A stretch of 49,595 nt of DNA, the filler included, from Catajapyx aquilonaris (Eukaryota), in the NCBI GenBank assembly GCA_000934665.2. It is 2 parts of 2 records of this genome, joined end to end, with 100 filler letters (N's around TTAATTAATTAA, not from the genome) between each part and the next. Parts side by side here need not be neighbours in the genome. Positions count along the whole stretch, not along the records: positions 24,852 to 49,595 come from JYFJ02005467.1; 1 more part is not named here. The stretch is one strand, 5' to 3'. Under the pieces are notes generated by a model, which saw nothing but the letters and a program-made list of their open reading frames with translations, did no database searches and was not told the DNA's origin. Positions within the stretch are counted from its first letter, which is position 1. Every line of letters begins with the position of its first letter. A program made the translations under genes and the position numbers. This document shows positions 34,982 through 46,700 of this stretch, in pieces.

Positions 34982-36758
34982 ATGAGCGACTTTGGACATC
35001 GCCCTCCATTTTACATCCTAGCGGAACTTTTGAAGCCTACGATACTGATGCCTGGGGTGCATGGGCCAAGTCGTTGTGGTAATTATGACAGGGCTACCTT
35101 CCAGTTTCACCTCACCCGGGAGCAAGCCACTGACATTGCATCCTCCAGGGATGTGCGGCCTGGGTCAAACATGGACTTCCTCCCACAGGTACGGAGCTAT
35201 GTGACTATTGTCAGTGTGTTGGTATATACATATGGGCCTAACTGTTCAGATAATATTTTGGGGTGACGGGGTGTGCACAAATTATTATTTTTTGCTTCCG
35301 ACCATATATAGGTATCTGATTCTATTTCTCACTTTTCAGGTGCAGCTCAGATTCTGCTTGCTGAAGCGGACCTGCGAGCAAGATAACTGCTGCTTTCCAA
35401 AATGTCTCTTCGTGCTGGTGAATGGAAAGATCCCTCCCCTGCCCAATCCCATCCCCACAAAGTGTCCTCCTCCCCCGATAAACATCATGCAGCAAGTGGA
35501 GCTGTCCCCAACAGTTCCTAATTACATCTTCGTCAAGTGGGAAAATGACTTTTGCAGCATCTACACTGTGTCAGCCTACTTCGTGCAGCGACTAAGTTCA
35601 GCCGATCTTTTGTCCAAGCTCAGGAGCAAAGGGGTGAGTACGGAGAGGAAAGCTTTTGAGCAGGTCTATTCACGTTGCCCAAGTATTAAACGAATTGCTT
35701 TTGATCACAGGTACGGCATGCAGACATAACTCGGGGTCTGATCAAGGAGAAGCTGAAGGAGAATGCAGACAACTATGACATAGCGCCAGTGTCCTTGCGG
35801 GTGACGTTGGCCTGCCCCCTGGGAAAGATGAGAATGCAGATACCATGCCAAGCCAGCACCTGCGCCCACCTTCAGTGCTTTGATGCCAACATGTACCTGC
35901 AGTTGAATGAGCAAAAGCCCACATGGATCTGCCCCATCTGCAATAAGCCTGCCCTCTTTGACAACCTTGTCATTGATGGGTACTTCCATGAGGTGTTGGC
36001 ATCTTTTGCACTGGCGTCCAATGGTGGTAATGATGATATTCAGCTGCATGGGGATGGGAGTTGGTCTACCCTGGAGCACAGTGTCAACTCAATCACAGTG
36101 GTGAATGTCTTTTACATGGCCTATTTGTGCAATTGTACGCCATCAGCATCATTGTTTCATTACATTCCTTATCTTGTCACCGCAGGTGGAGATGGTCTGC
36201 GATGACATTCCTGACAGCCCTCCGCCTATGGCAGAGTCATCATCTTCAGCAGCACCCACCTCAACAGGTGGCTCAGCCGAGACGAAAAAGAGGCCCCTGG
36301 AGGTCATTGATCTAACCTGTTTGGACAGTGATGATGAAGACAATAATGACGGACCACCTCCGGCAAAGAGGACTGCCTTCTCTATCCTCGGCAGATCAGG
36401 TGAGGTGATTTGGTGCAGTGGTAATTTCATGAAATTTGTGGAGAAAAATCATGCCATTATGTTCATGTGTTACCAAATGATTGTCTGGTTCATAGATTCC
36501 TATGGTACTGGCAGAGGCAATGGCAATAGCAGCACCATCAGCAGCATGAGCAGTGGTGGCGGTGGAGCCACAAGAGGAGGTGAAGGAGGGATAGGAAGGG
36601 AGAGCAGTGGAGAGTCCACCGTCAGCTCATCAACAGGACCTGCAGGGTGTGGAAGTCCACATGTTATTACCTCAGACAGCCCCTCATCCTCCCCAGGTCC
36701 TCCCTCCATCATCCTATCTTCACCCACTTCCAGCCGCTACAAGCCTAATTTATGGTGA
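34982..36758 (+). CDS. Divergent PIAS/Su(var)2-10-like SUMO E3 ligase (PINIT + SP-RING + SIM; N-terminus/SAP not found; may be a pseudogene)
   Basis: Exons about 34982-35188, 35340-35633, 35711-36100, 36186-36399 and 36496-36758 splice in frame. Motifs: FHLTREQATDIASSRD, VQLRFC, PINIM, CPLGKMRM..PC.ASTCAHLQCFDA...KPTWICPIC and EVIDLT..SDDED. Confidence 0.8.
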
Positions 36759-36791
36759 GATAATACTGTATATTCTAATTAGAATACTGTT

Positions 36792-36984
36792 ATCTGATAA
36801 TATCAGTCTGCCGTCAGATGAAATAATACCGTAACTCAACAACTAGTGAGAGTGAAAATCGCATGCACTAATCCCCCCTGACGTAGGGAATCCATGCGAC
36901 TTTCACCCTTACTAGTTTTTGAGTTACGGTCTTCTTTCATCTGACGGCAGCAGTGTGTGTGAATACACACTGATATTATCAGAT
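36792..36984. mobile_element. Foldback MITE just 3' of the PIAS-like stop codon
   Basis: ATCTGATAATATCAGT-CTGCCGTCAGATGAAA... pairs with ...TTTCATCTGACGGCAG...ACTGATATTATCAGAT. Confidence 0.65.
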
Positions 36985-37415
36985 GAAACTGACCATTTTA
37001 TTATTAGCTGTGGCTGGAATGAGAAAGTACCCTACACATGTTGGCCTAATTTTTCTCAACCGCATATATTATTGTGTCTAAATACAAAATATATACATGT
37101 AATTTAGCCTGGGAAATTAAAAATTACACTGATGTGACTGTACAAATATATTCGTGGCAGATGTTTATAAAATTTTCAGCTTTCAGCTGAATCTGAAATT
37201 GGCATCCAGGCATTGTAGATCATTGGAACTATCCAAACTACCCATAAACTACTGGTACCCTTTCATTTAAATGCTAGAGTTGACTGTGCATTAGTGTCCA
37301 GTGTGGGTGATCATCAGAAGCACTTGGGGACTGCGTAGGAAATGTGGTCCATGTATACAAACATGATGCATTTCCTCCCTCATTAAAATGTGAGACTTGG
37401 AATGAAAGAAGGTTA

Positions 37416-39719
37416 TCACAGCTGATCCATCCAATTAGTCCACTCATATCCCCAGTTTTTGGGGTTGCCACGAGGATCTCCTTTCACATTGGCTGGGGAA
37501 AGAGCAGTACTATTGTATTCCGCCAGCTGCTGCAGTAGCAACTTCACCCTTTCTGGGTAATTTTGTGCGAGATTATTCATCTCACAGGGATCCTTAGCTA
37601 CATTGTAGAGGCACAGTTCTTTGAGCGGATTGCATGGTGTTGGTGGTGAGGGTTTTGGGCCGCAATCGACTGTGGCCACTTTCCTGGTCTGCAGAATCCA
37701 TTTTTTTGACAGTTTAATACCCATGGACTGCAAAGCTAATGCAGCAGGACTGTTCAAAACCATTGACACATTGTAGGGAGGAATTCCTGTACTGGAATTG
37801 CTGCGGCCAGATGGACCATACCAACCATCCCATTCGCCACCATATGAAGTTCCTAAAGGAAATAATAAAACGTGTTTAGTTCATAATGAAAATAATAATG
37901 CATCTAAAAAATTCACAGAATAAGCTACGGATGTATTATTGTACCGGAACTTTTTATGAGACTGCTGTGAGTGGGCGAGAAGCTGAACATTTACCACAAC
38001 CTGACATTTTACAGGGAAGTCCAATCAAGAACAGAATACTGCTCGGAGTAGAATTAAGATTAAATATTACTGATAATTAACAAATTTCGTGTTATACAGT
38101 TTGATTGTTTCGAAGAGCAGGATGGGTAGGATTTTACTTACTGTACTCTTCTTCAGCTAAACCGTCATTTTCATAATAGGAGAGAAAGCAAATCTCATGC
38201 ACAGCTACGAACCAGCTCCCCATGCTTGGCAAGCAGGGAAGCCATTTACCTCTGAGTAGCTTCCAGTCACCAATCCGTAAGGCAGAGTTTCCATAAATGT
38301 CATCTATGTTGTGAAGGAGCTGTGAGCGAGGAGATGAGCCATCTTTTGCCAAACTGCGCCACATGTCCATTCCGTCTAATCCAGTAAGGCTTGAAGCATT
38401 TCCACCTGAAAAAGGAAGAGGGCAATGCATAAATTGCATAAATAGCAGTTGTCAGAAGTTGCCTACTGTACGTACCAGCAGCAGTAAAAAGGGTTGGCAT
38501 CCAATCCTCAATTGTCATCAGCTGACTTGCAACTCGAGGCTTCAGGGCATAAGGCTGCCACACAAATGAAGATCCTCTGACACCACCTTCCCAGAGTGTA
38601 TTTTTCACACCTCTTAGAGGCCAGTTAGATGCTGCGTTTCCATCAAAACCAGCTGCCGGTCCTCCATTATCAGTAGAGAACACAATTATCGAGTCCTGCA
38701 GCATTCCCTTCATTTCCAATGCCTTAACCACCTTCCCAACTGAGTCATCCAGACAAGAAACCATGCCTGCAAACTTTTTCCGTGCACCTTTGACATAAGG
38801 AAATTTATTTACAGCTTCCGGTGGGGCTTGTAGAAGAGAGTACGGGTTTGCCGAGTGTACTGCAAGATGGGCCAAGTAGAGGAACAATGGGCGAGATGAA
38901 TTGTGGTCAGATATTATTGTTGTTGCCCGATCAGTGAACAAATCAGTCGAGTAGAAGCCAAATGCATCTCTAGCTACCTTCATTCCATTTCGCATATCAT
39001 AACCCCAGTTGTCACCCTCTTGGGCTGTATGGTCATAGTAATCTTTGTGCCCTGTCCAGTATCCATAGTGTGATTTGAATCCTCTGAATGTAGGTGTGAA
39101 TTCTCTGTAGTAGAAACCTAGATGCCACTTGCCAACTGCATGCGATTCATATCCAAGTTGGTTTAGCCTTTCAGGCAACGTCTTAACCCAGAGAGGCAGG
39201 CCATATGGTGCATTCCCCATTATGACTCCATGCTGCAATCCTGCAAAAATCAAAGTAGAAATCGTCTGTTCTGATACAAAGATTGCATTGCCGATGAAAA
39301 GGTAAAAATAAAATTGTCAATTAAAGACACTTGAAAAAAATAACTGCTTGATATATTGGCACAAAAATGTTACCCATGCTACTTGACTTGTAGTTACATA
39401 CCTGTGTGAATGGGATGGAGTCCAGACATAAGTGCACCTCGTGAAGGTGTGCAAATTGGCTGAACGTAATAATTGTTGAGTATTACTCCAGAATAAGCTA
39501 AGGCATCAATGTTTGGGGTTGGAATTTGGTCTGACCCATGGAAGCTTACATCATTCCAGCCCTGAAAGCAAACGGCATTGAAATCATCACATCCACATTA
39601 CAAAACGAATTACCAGTTACCAGGTCATCAGCAACAATAAAAATTATGTGCGGTCTCCTGGCTGTAACTCCGGCACCACACAGCAAGAGTATCAGTGCTG
39701 GTAACGCCTTCATCAGCAT
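37416..39719 (-). CDS. Arylsulfatase B/I/J-like sulfatase, 5 coding exons
   Basis: Exons 39719-39621, 39561-39402, 39240-38476, 38405-38250 and 37852-37416. Signal peptide followed by [16 protein letters not shown], the FGly motif CTPSR, VGKWHLG, STDNGG, NWPLRG.K..LWEGGVR and DPCE. Confidence 0.95.
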
Positions 39720-40099
39720 GGTTTGGCTCATCCGTCACTTGCAGCAGCTAGAGTAATAAGTGGTTGTGCATGATGGATGCCCTACTTTTATCATCAGGCA
39801 AGTGTCACTGATCCTGTGTGTGATAGAGAAAATAATCTATGTAAGCAGACCGAGGCACAGACCGAAGCAGACTGAGCACCTGCACAACTAACAGAATGTA
39901 CTTGTTGGTACACACTACTTGTATACCTTGTATAATCAGGAAACGCCTCAATAAACATGTTATTGCAAAGGTGACAATCAAACACTACCGTATTGTATGT
40001 AGTGTGAAAATTCGTCTTCATATCAGTTTGTAAGTCACACAAAATGAGCACCCAAAGTGTAATTACTCACATGCAATTAAAAGGTATCAGGACATGTAC

Positions 40100-40736
40100 A
40101 CAAAAAAATACAGTACTGTAATGAACCTTGGTTGTAAACGAAAGTGTTCCGTTCGGATACTACGATGACGTCACGTATCCGAACGCCCCCCTTTGAAAGC
40201 GCTTGAAAGTGACCTTCCCAACCACGTTCCCAACCTTCCCCTCCGAATATTTACCAACAAACCAAACCCACCACTCCCTGCCCGGAACAATCCAAATGCC
40301 CCCTGTCTATTTAACCTTCACATTTATAGTACCTGCTAGTACTGTACAGTACGCAACCGTTCACAACCGTCTATAAAACCGACGCCTCTCTTCTGCTCAC
40401 CACAAGCAGCTTACTATTAACAAGCAGCTTTCTCTCTCTCTCTCTCGACCCCCCGTTCATTCCACAATCACATCCAGCTGCTATGCTTGTGCACGACAGG
40501 CCATTAGCTGCGTTGCATTCCGCCTGGGCAGTAGACGCCAACCGTAGGCCTAGTTTGCGTCTCCTTCCGTTGCGGCCAGCGGGGGATACGTAGCGTACGG
40601 GCAGAGCAGCCCCTCGACTCCCTCCCGTACGGTGGTCAGGCCTCGTGTGCAGCAGCCGCACCAGGGGCACAACGCCCAGGGGCCGCACAGCAACCCCCAG
40701 GGGCAGAGGGCGAACAGGGAGAGCCGGCCGGCGAAG
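40100..40736. promoter_or_regulatory. Probable shared, CpG-rich divergent promoter region (arylsulfatase / CPSF6)
   Basis: Head-to-head genes about 1 kb apart. GC/CpG enrichment near 40500-40790 and a TGACGTCA site near 40166. Confidence 0.45.
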
Positions 40737-43700
40737 ATGGCGGACGGCGTGGATATAGATCTGTATGCGGACGACATCGAACAGGACTTCAACCAGGTTG
40801 GTTTCATTCCCACAGGATAAAAAGGAAGGAAATTATTTGTGTGCGGAAGGGGGGCATTACGGTGTCAGTACAAGTGCTGTACGTAGGGGGGGGTCGTACT
40901 ATTCGCTCAAGTAGGTGCCTATCATAATGCGGGCCTAGAAGTATTCTTAGTGCGCCTATTTTTGGCTGGACTGTTGAGGGACATTGATAACAGCAAAATA
41001 TTTTTTTGGGGGGGTTGATAACCTATGTCTGGAACTTTTAAAATAGGCGTGGGAGTGGATGGAAAGGGACAAAGTATTGGCCGAAGTGTACGACATTGCT
41101 AATGTTGCCAGTTTGGATAGATTGTTGTTTAATCGAAATCAGTGGTTCCCTAACCGTGTGCCGCGGATATCATGTAGGGGTGCGGCGAAAATAATATATC
41201 GTTTCCCGCCATGTGAAATGTATTCATACTTTTAATTTCATAGGGGTCTTAATACTGGCTGTAATGTAATGCAAGTCGATTTACTATTTCCAAGACTGAC
41301 AAGTGAGTGTCAAGTTACGGGGGTTTCAATGTGCGTGGTCGAGGTGCCTCGAGGGGGTAAAAAAAAAAAGTTGGGAACCACTGATCCAAATAATTCTGCA
41401 AAAATTGTGCAATAAATTTGCACAATATTGTAGCAAAGTGTGGGTATTTATGATGCATTTAAGATTTTTGTCACAAACCGGTTAGCCTGACGGGATGAAA
41501 AGTAACGAGAACAGTCAGCCATGGGAAGTTTTAAAAAGGCCCAATATATTTTGGATGTAGGCCCTACTTTGTGAATGGTGCGCCATGAAATTATGGGACA
41601 TTGGATTTCTTTTAAGTTCTGTCTAAAATTGTGTCCACCTCCAAATTTAGCGAGTCATTAGACTGAATGCTGATAATGTGTTTCGTAAATGTATTTTCAG
41701 TGTGAAATACCTTCTGGAAAAGAATTATTGACCTGCCATGAAAATTTACTTATTTGATTAATTTTAAAACAGGCTTACTCGTAAGTAAACTGAGGGCCTT
41801 GTCAGCCCAAGTGTCTTCGACTAGTTGGCATGAATCTCCACTTTTTTTTTACTTAGGTAATTGTAATTTAGAAGGTAAGAATTCAATGACCCAATAGAAC
41901 AATGGCCAATTCCAATAAGGATATATAAAAGTGATGAATAGTGTTTCAAGTTACAGAAAAATTTAGTTGCTGATACCGCAGGCTTGATATAGTCTTAAGC
42001 ATGAAAGGGTCGGCCTTAACAATACAGAGCACGACCCCAGTTCCAGCGCCCTTTAATCCCTTTCTTACCTAGGACTTTGACCCTCATTCTGTTGGGCCAT
42101 CTGAGTTATTTAATGAGGCTTGCATCCTCTGAAATACGGCTATTATTAATGCAGTCTTAGAAATAGGAAATATAAATAATTTGTAGCAATTTTTATGATA
42201 CAGTTAACATAAGACAGAGTTAAGTAATACATTATAGCTTTTAAATTGCAATTAAAATTTTACGAGTAATATTTAGGCTTAGAGCTTAACTCCAGTGTGT
42301 GTGCGTACAATTTATGTAAGCAATTATATTTTAGCTTAGTGCCAGTAATATCTAGTGGTTAATGTTTTCTACATACGCATCATCTGCAATAGTATTTGTA
42401 AAACCATTTTTTCACAGTAATGAACCAGCTTCTTTGTTTCTTTTTTTTTTTTTTAATGGCTGTGCGATTAGAAAACTTGGGGTGGAAATCATTTGAGGAG
42501 CCTCAGTGACCTGACCATTGTTTGCGATGTCAAAAGAAAATGTCAGTGTGAGAAAGCATAGCTAGAGAATGAAGTACTTTTTGTTGTTATACGAGGCGAG
42601 GTGCCGAATTTGTCTGAGGCTTCTCCTAGAATCAATAATATTGCAATGTTAATCCGATAATTTCTTCATATGCCTGAAATGTATCACACAGTTTCATTAC
42701 AAGTTGCACCTTATAAATGTACAAAATTATTTTGTGAAGAGGGGGTTGGCATGTTGAAAAAAAAAATTATGTCGAGTTGATGGGAATGTGTGTGTAACAA
42801 ATTATGTGTACCATCATTTGCATGTGAATTTAAGTGTGCATGTGGACGGATAATGCAGGTTTCTGCAATATCGTACTGGTGACAAAGTAGATGTGATAAA
42901 TTTGAAGGAACTATTGGTGGGAACATTAAAAAAGACATTTTTGCTGCTTGTGTGACAGTACACTGTGTAGGTAGCGATCTGTATTTAGGCAGGACTCAAA
43001 TCACGGCCACTCAGTTATGTCTGCAGAATGTTTTTCTCTATTGGTTTTTTACAGGTTTTCTCACGTGTTGGGCATGGTTTTATTATACTTAAGGCTGCAT
43101 TTGTGTTCAACCAATGTTAGTGCTAGTACATTGGCTACTTGCTGTTTAAATTATTACAGCTGTTTCATAGGCACTTGTTTGCATGGCATGTCGCATCTCA
43201 GGTCATGAAATCCCACTGTAGTAGCTGACCTGGGAAAATCATGCGGTGTGCAATACCAGTGCTTATGGAACTAGTTTTGTAGGTTAACAAATTATTATTT
43301 CATCTCCAGCCGTTGGAAATTGAGGTTATTGTGGTTTAAAATATATGAAAGTGTGCATCCCCATGTGTTGAATAATAGTCGACTCAAGTGTTTGATGTGG
43401 AGAAGGTGTTTGTGTATGCTATAACTGAGATGCGTAATTTATTATATTTTTTGGTACGCGACATGGTACTGTATAGTGTTTCTTTGCTTATGGTCACAAC
43501 TAGTGAGACCTGTATTTCATGAAGGTGCTAAAGTTTCCATGTTGAAATTTAATTTATGTAATTGCAAGGGAAGGGATTTAACAGGTATTAACATTTGTAT
43601 TGGAAGGAATATGTTGATTTTACTCCTTCACGACAGATGAGTTTATATCTGAGTGAATATCAATGCTTACATTTTTGTGTATGTGTGAGTCTGCCTTAAA

Positions 43701-46700
43701 TTTCTTTATACTGTGTGGAATTATTTTCTTTGTGTTTTGCTCGATTTGTTGGAAATTTTTGGAGAACTTGCACAGTGTGTAAAGTTGTTAGCAGAACTAC
43801 TTTTCAATGACTCAAAAATGATCAGAAATTGGTTCACTTCATTATAAGCAAGCACAATAATTTTTGCATCACAACTATTTTGACGTAATGGCAAATTTTT
43901 GTGTGCAGAACTTGGAGTGATTATCATGTGAGGCAATGTGCATAAAATTACTGACTGTCAAATTCGATGAGAGCTTGATCATGTCGTCTTGCACTGGGCA
44001 AACTGTAAAATTGTGTCGGCATTAACATGCCTTTAAAGCAACAAAAAATAAAACTCCCCTGCTTGTAAAACACTTTGTTCATTGCTGCCAATATGTCGGT
44101 GGAGTGTAGGGTACAAAAACTAACTCGCTGCCTTGGTCCGGGCTCTGGTCCTCCCCCCTTGAAGCAGGATGAGTTTGCTGGCGATGGAGTGGATCTCTAC
44201 GATGATGTCATCACACCATCGGGTAGCAGCGGAGGTGGCGTCAGCAGTGGAGGAGGGGGGGGATCTAGTGGGTCAGTTCCAGGCGGGGTGGTGGGTTCGG
44301 GAAGCAATGTCGTCGGTGGAGTGGGCCCAGGCGATGGCAACTCCACAGCCCCTGGAGGAGGACCGCCTCCTCCCCTGGTGGGAGGGCAGACCAACAATGG
44401 ACCTCCCTCCGTGCCACCACCCAGCTCACCTTTTCCTCATGTTGGGAACAGCATTTCACCAGGCCACCAGTATGGAAGGAAGTACCAGCTATATGTTGGA
44501 AACCTGACATGGGTGAGTCATCACAACAATGAGTCCAAAGAATTTTATTTCTTATCTCATCCTGCGTTTTTACATTTGCATCACAGTGGACGACTGACCA
44601 GGATATCAGCAACACAGTTCATAGCCTGGGCGTGACTGACTTTATAGAGGTGAAGTTCTTTGAGAACCGAGCCAATGGCCAGTCAAAAGGCTTCTGCGTT
44701 ATCTCACTGGGCTCGGAGCAGAGCATGAGGAACTGCCTAGACAGACTGCCGAAGAAGGAACTACATGGACAGAACCCAGTCGTCACTTTTGCTACAAAGC
44801 AAGCCCTCAACCAGGTCAGCATTAAGTGTCACACTTGTTAACATAACCTTTGTTTACTGTTTCTGAAAAATATAGAGCAGTTAACCAGTTGTCAGCTGTA
44901 CACTTTGTTGTGCACAACATTAAAAATTCCTGCGCATTCCGGCCCTTTGAAGTTTAGGCAATCATTTGACCCATGTATGTCAGTTGATTGTCATCCTGTA
45001 ATTCTTACTTTCATGTAGTGATAGTGGATTTCAGTGATTAAACATGCATTGTAGTGACACAGAAATCATTGTGGCTTCGTCAACAGTTTGAAGCCCAGTC
45101 CAAGACTCGTCCAGCACCTCAGCCGAACCACCGAGGAGGAGGAGGTCCGCCCCCGCCCCGCCTGATGATGCCACCAGGAGGTAACAACAGGGGCATGCCT
45201 CCGCCTGGAATTCCCCCTCCAGGTCAGCGTCCACCTGGGATCCCTCCTCCAGGAGGGCCACCTCCTCCTGGTCCGCACCAGGGACCCCCTCCCCATGGAT
45301 TCCATCCTGGTTAGTTCCCCTCTTCACAGTCCGATGCGTGCAATTTTCCATCTGCAGATTCTTTCCCAGACTCACTGTTTCGGATCGGTGGTCCCCCACG
45401 TCCTGGATTGCCTCCTCATCAAGGGCCACCACCGCAGGGACCTCCGCCTCAGAGGCCTCTAGGAATGGTAAGTGTATTGCACAGAAATAAATGTGTGAGA
45501 TATTATTTTAAATTCATTTTCAGGTGCCACCACCAGGTCAAGGCCCACCGAGGGGCCCCCCTCCTGGCCCTCCCGACATGAGGGGGCCTCCACCACGTCC
45601 AGAATGGAGCAGGCCACCGGGTGAGTCACGGATGCTACATGGCCTTCCTACTTTTGCTCTATTTCCGCTGGAACACTTAGCTGCTGTGCTTTCTACCATA
45701 ACCTACAGTGCTGAGAAAACATCAGGCATTGCCTTTTGAATCCGGCTTTCATTTTTTCTTCTTTTGTGTACATCTAGACAGCCTTCCTAGTCCCCAAACC
45801 CTATCGGGGGGTGGCTGCTCGTAAGTAGGCAGGGATGATAAATCCCGATCCAAGTCAAGTAGTAAAAGCAAGTCAGACTTGAAAAGGAGAGTGAAAATGG
45901 AACCTGTAGAAGTGAGGGTCCCAATCCGGTGACGTAGGTCAGACACATTGATTCATGATAGCTGATAGGTAGTACAGTAGGATCCTAAATAAATATGAAT
46001 GGAAGTAAGTCATTTGGGGTGACATTCTATCAGAGTAAATGAGCTGGCATTTTAGGCGCGAAATAGGATTTGATAGTTTTTTTGCGACATAGTCAAAATT
46101 TTAAATCTTGTGTGACATTAGTATTCCCTAGTTATCCGTATGTCACTTTCAATAGGATGTAAATAAAATTGTTTTTTTGGCCTTGATGTAAGATAAGCAC
46201 AGTGGGTCAACACACCTCTACCTTTAAATACACGAAATTCCCACAGTATGACATTCATTGTTTAGATGTTTATATTTAAAAAATTATTGTATGAAAGTGC
46301 GAACAAGAAATGGAACCAACAGCAATAAGTACGCACTACTCACAAACTACTTAATATTTCCTGCTGTTCATAATGCCAAAATCAGAATCATATGTTCAGC
46401 TACGACTTTGCTGAACAGGAATTGTCTTTCTAATAGTTGTATGTTAATTTTGCAATTGTTAGTTCAGGCAGCCTGTGGCAAATAAGCTATGATTCAATAA
46501 TCATAGCTTATTTGCAGCTTTGAATGTTCATCAACTGGGAAACTGGTGTATTAAAACGCAATTCAAATCTTTACATATATATACGTATTTCTTTCACTTG
46601 GCTTGTGTACTTTGCCATTTGGTCTATTTTTCATCATCAGCGTCTCGAGTTCATGTTTTGCAAGCGTGAATTTTGCATTGCATATTGCCAAGTGAAGGGA

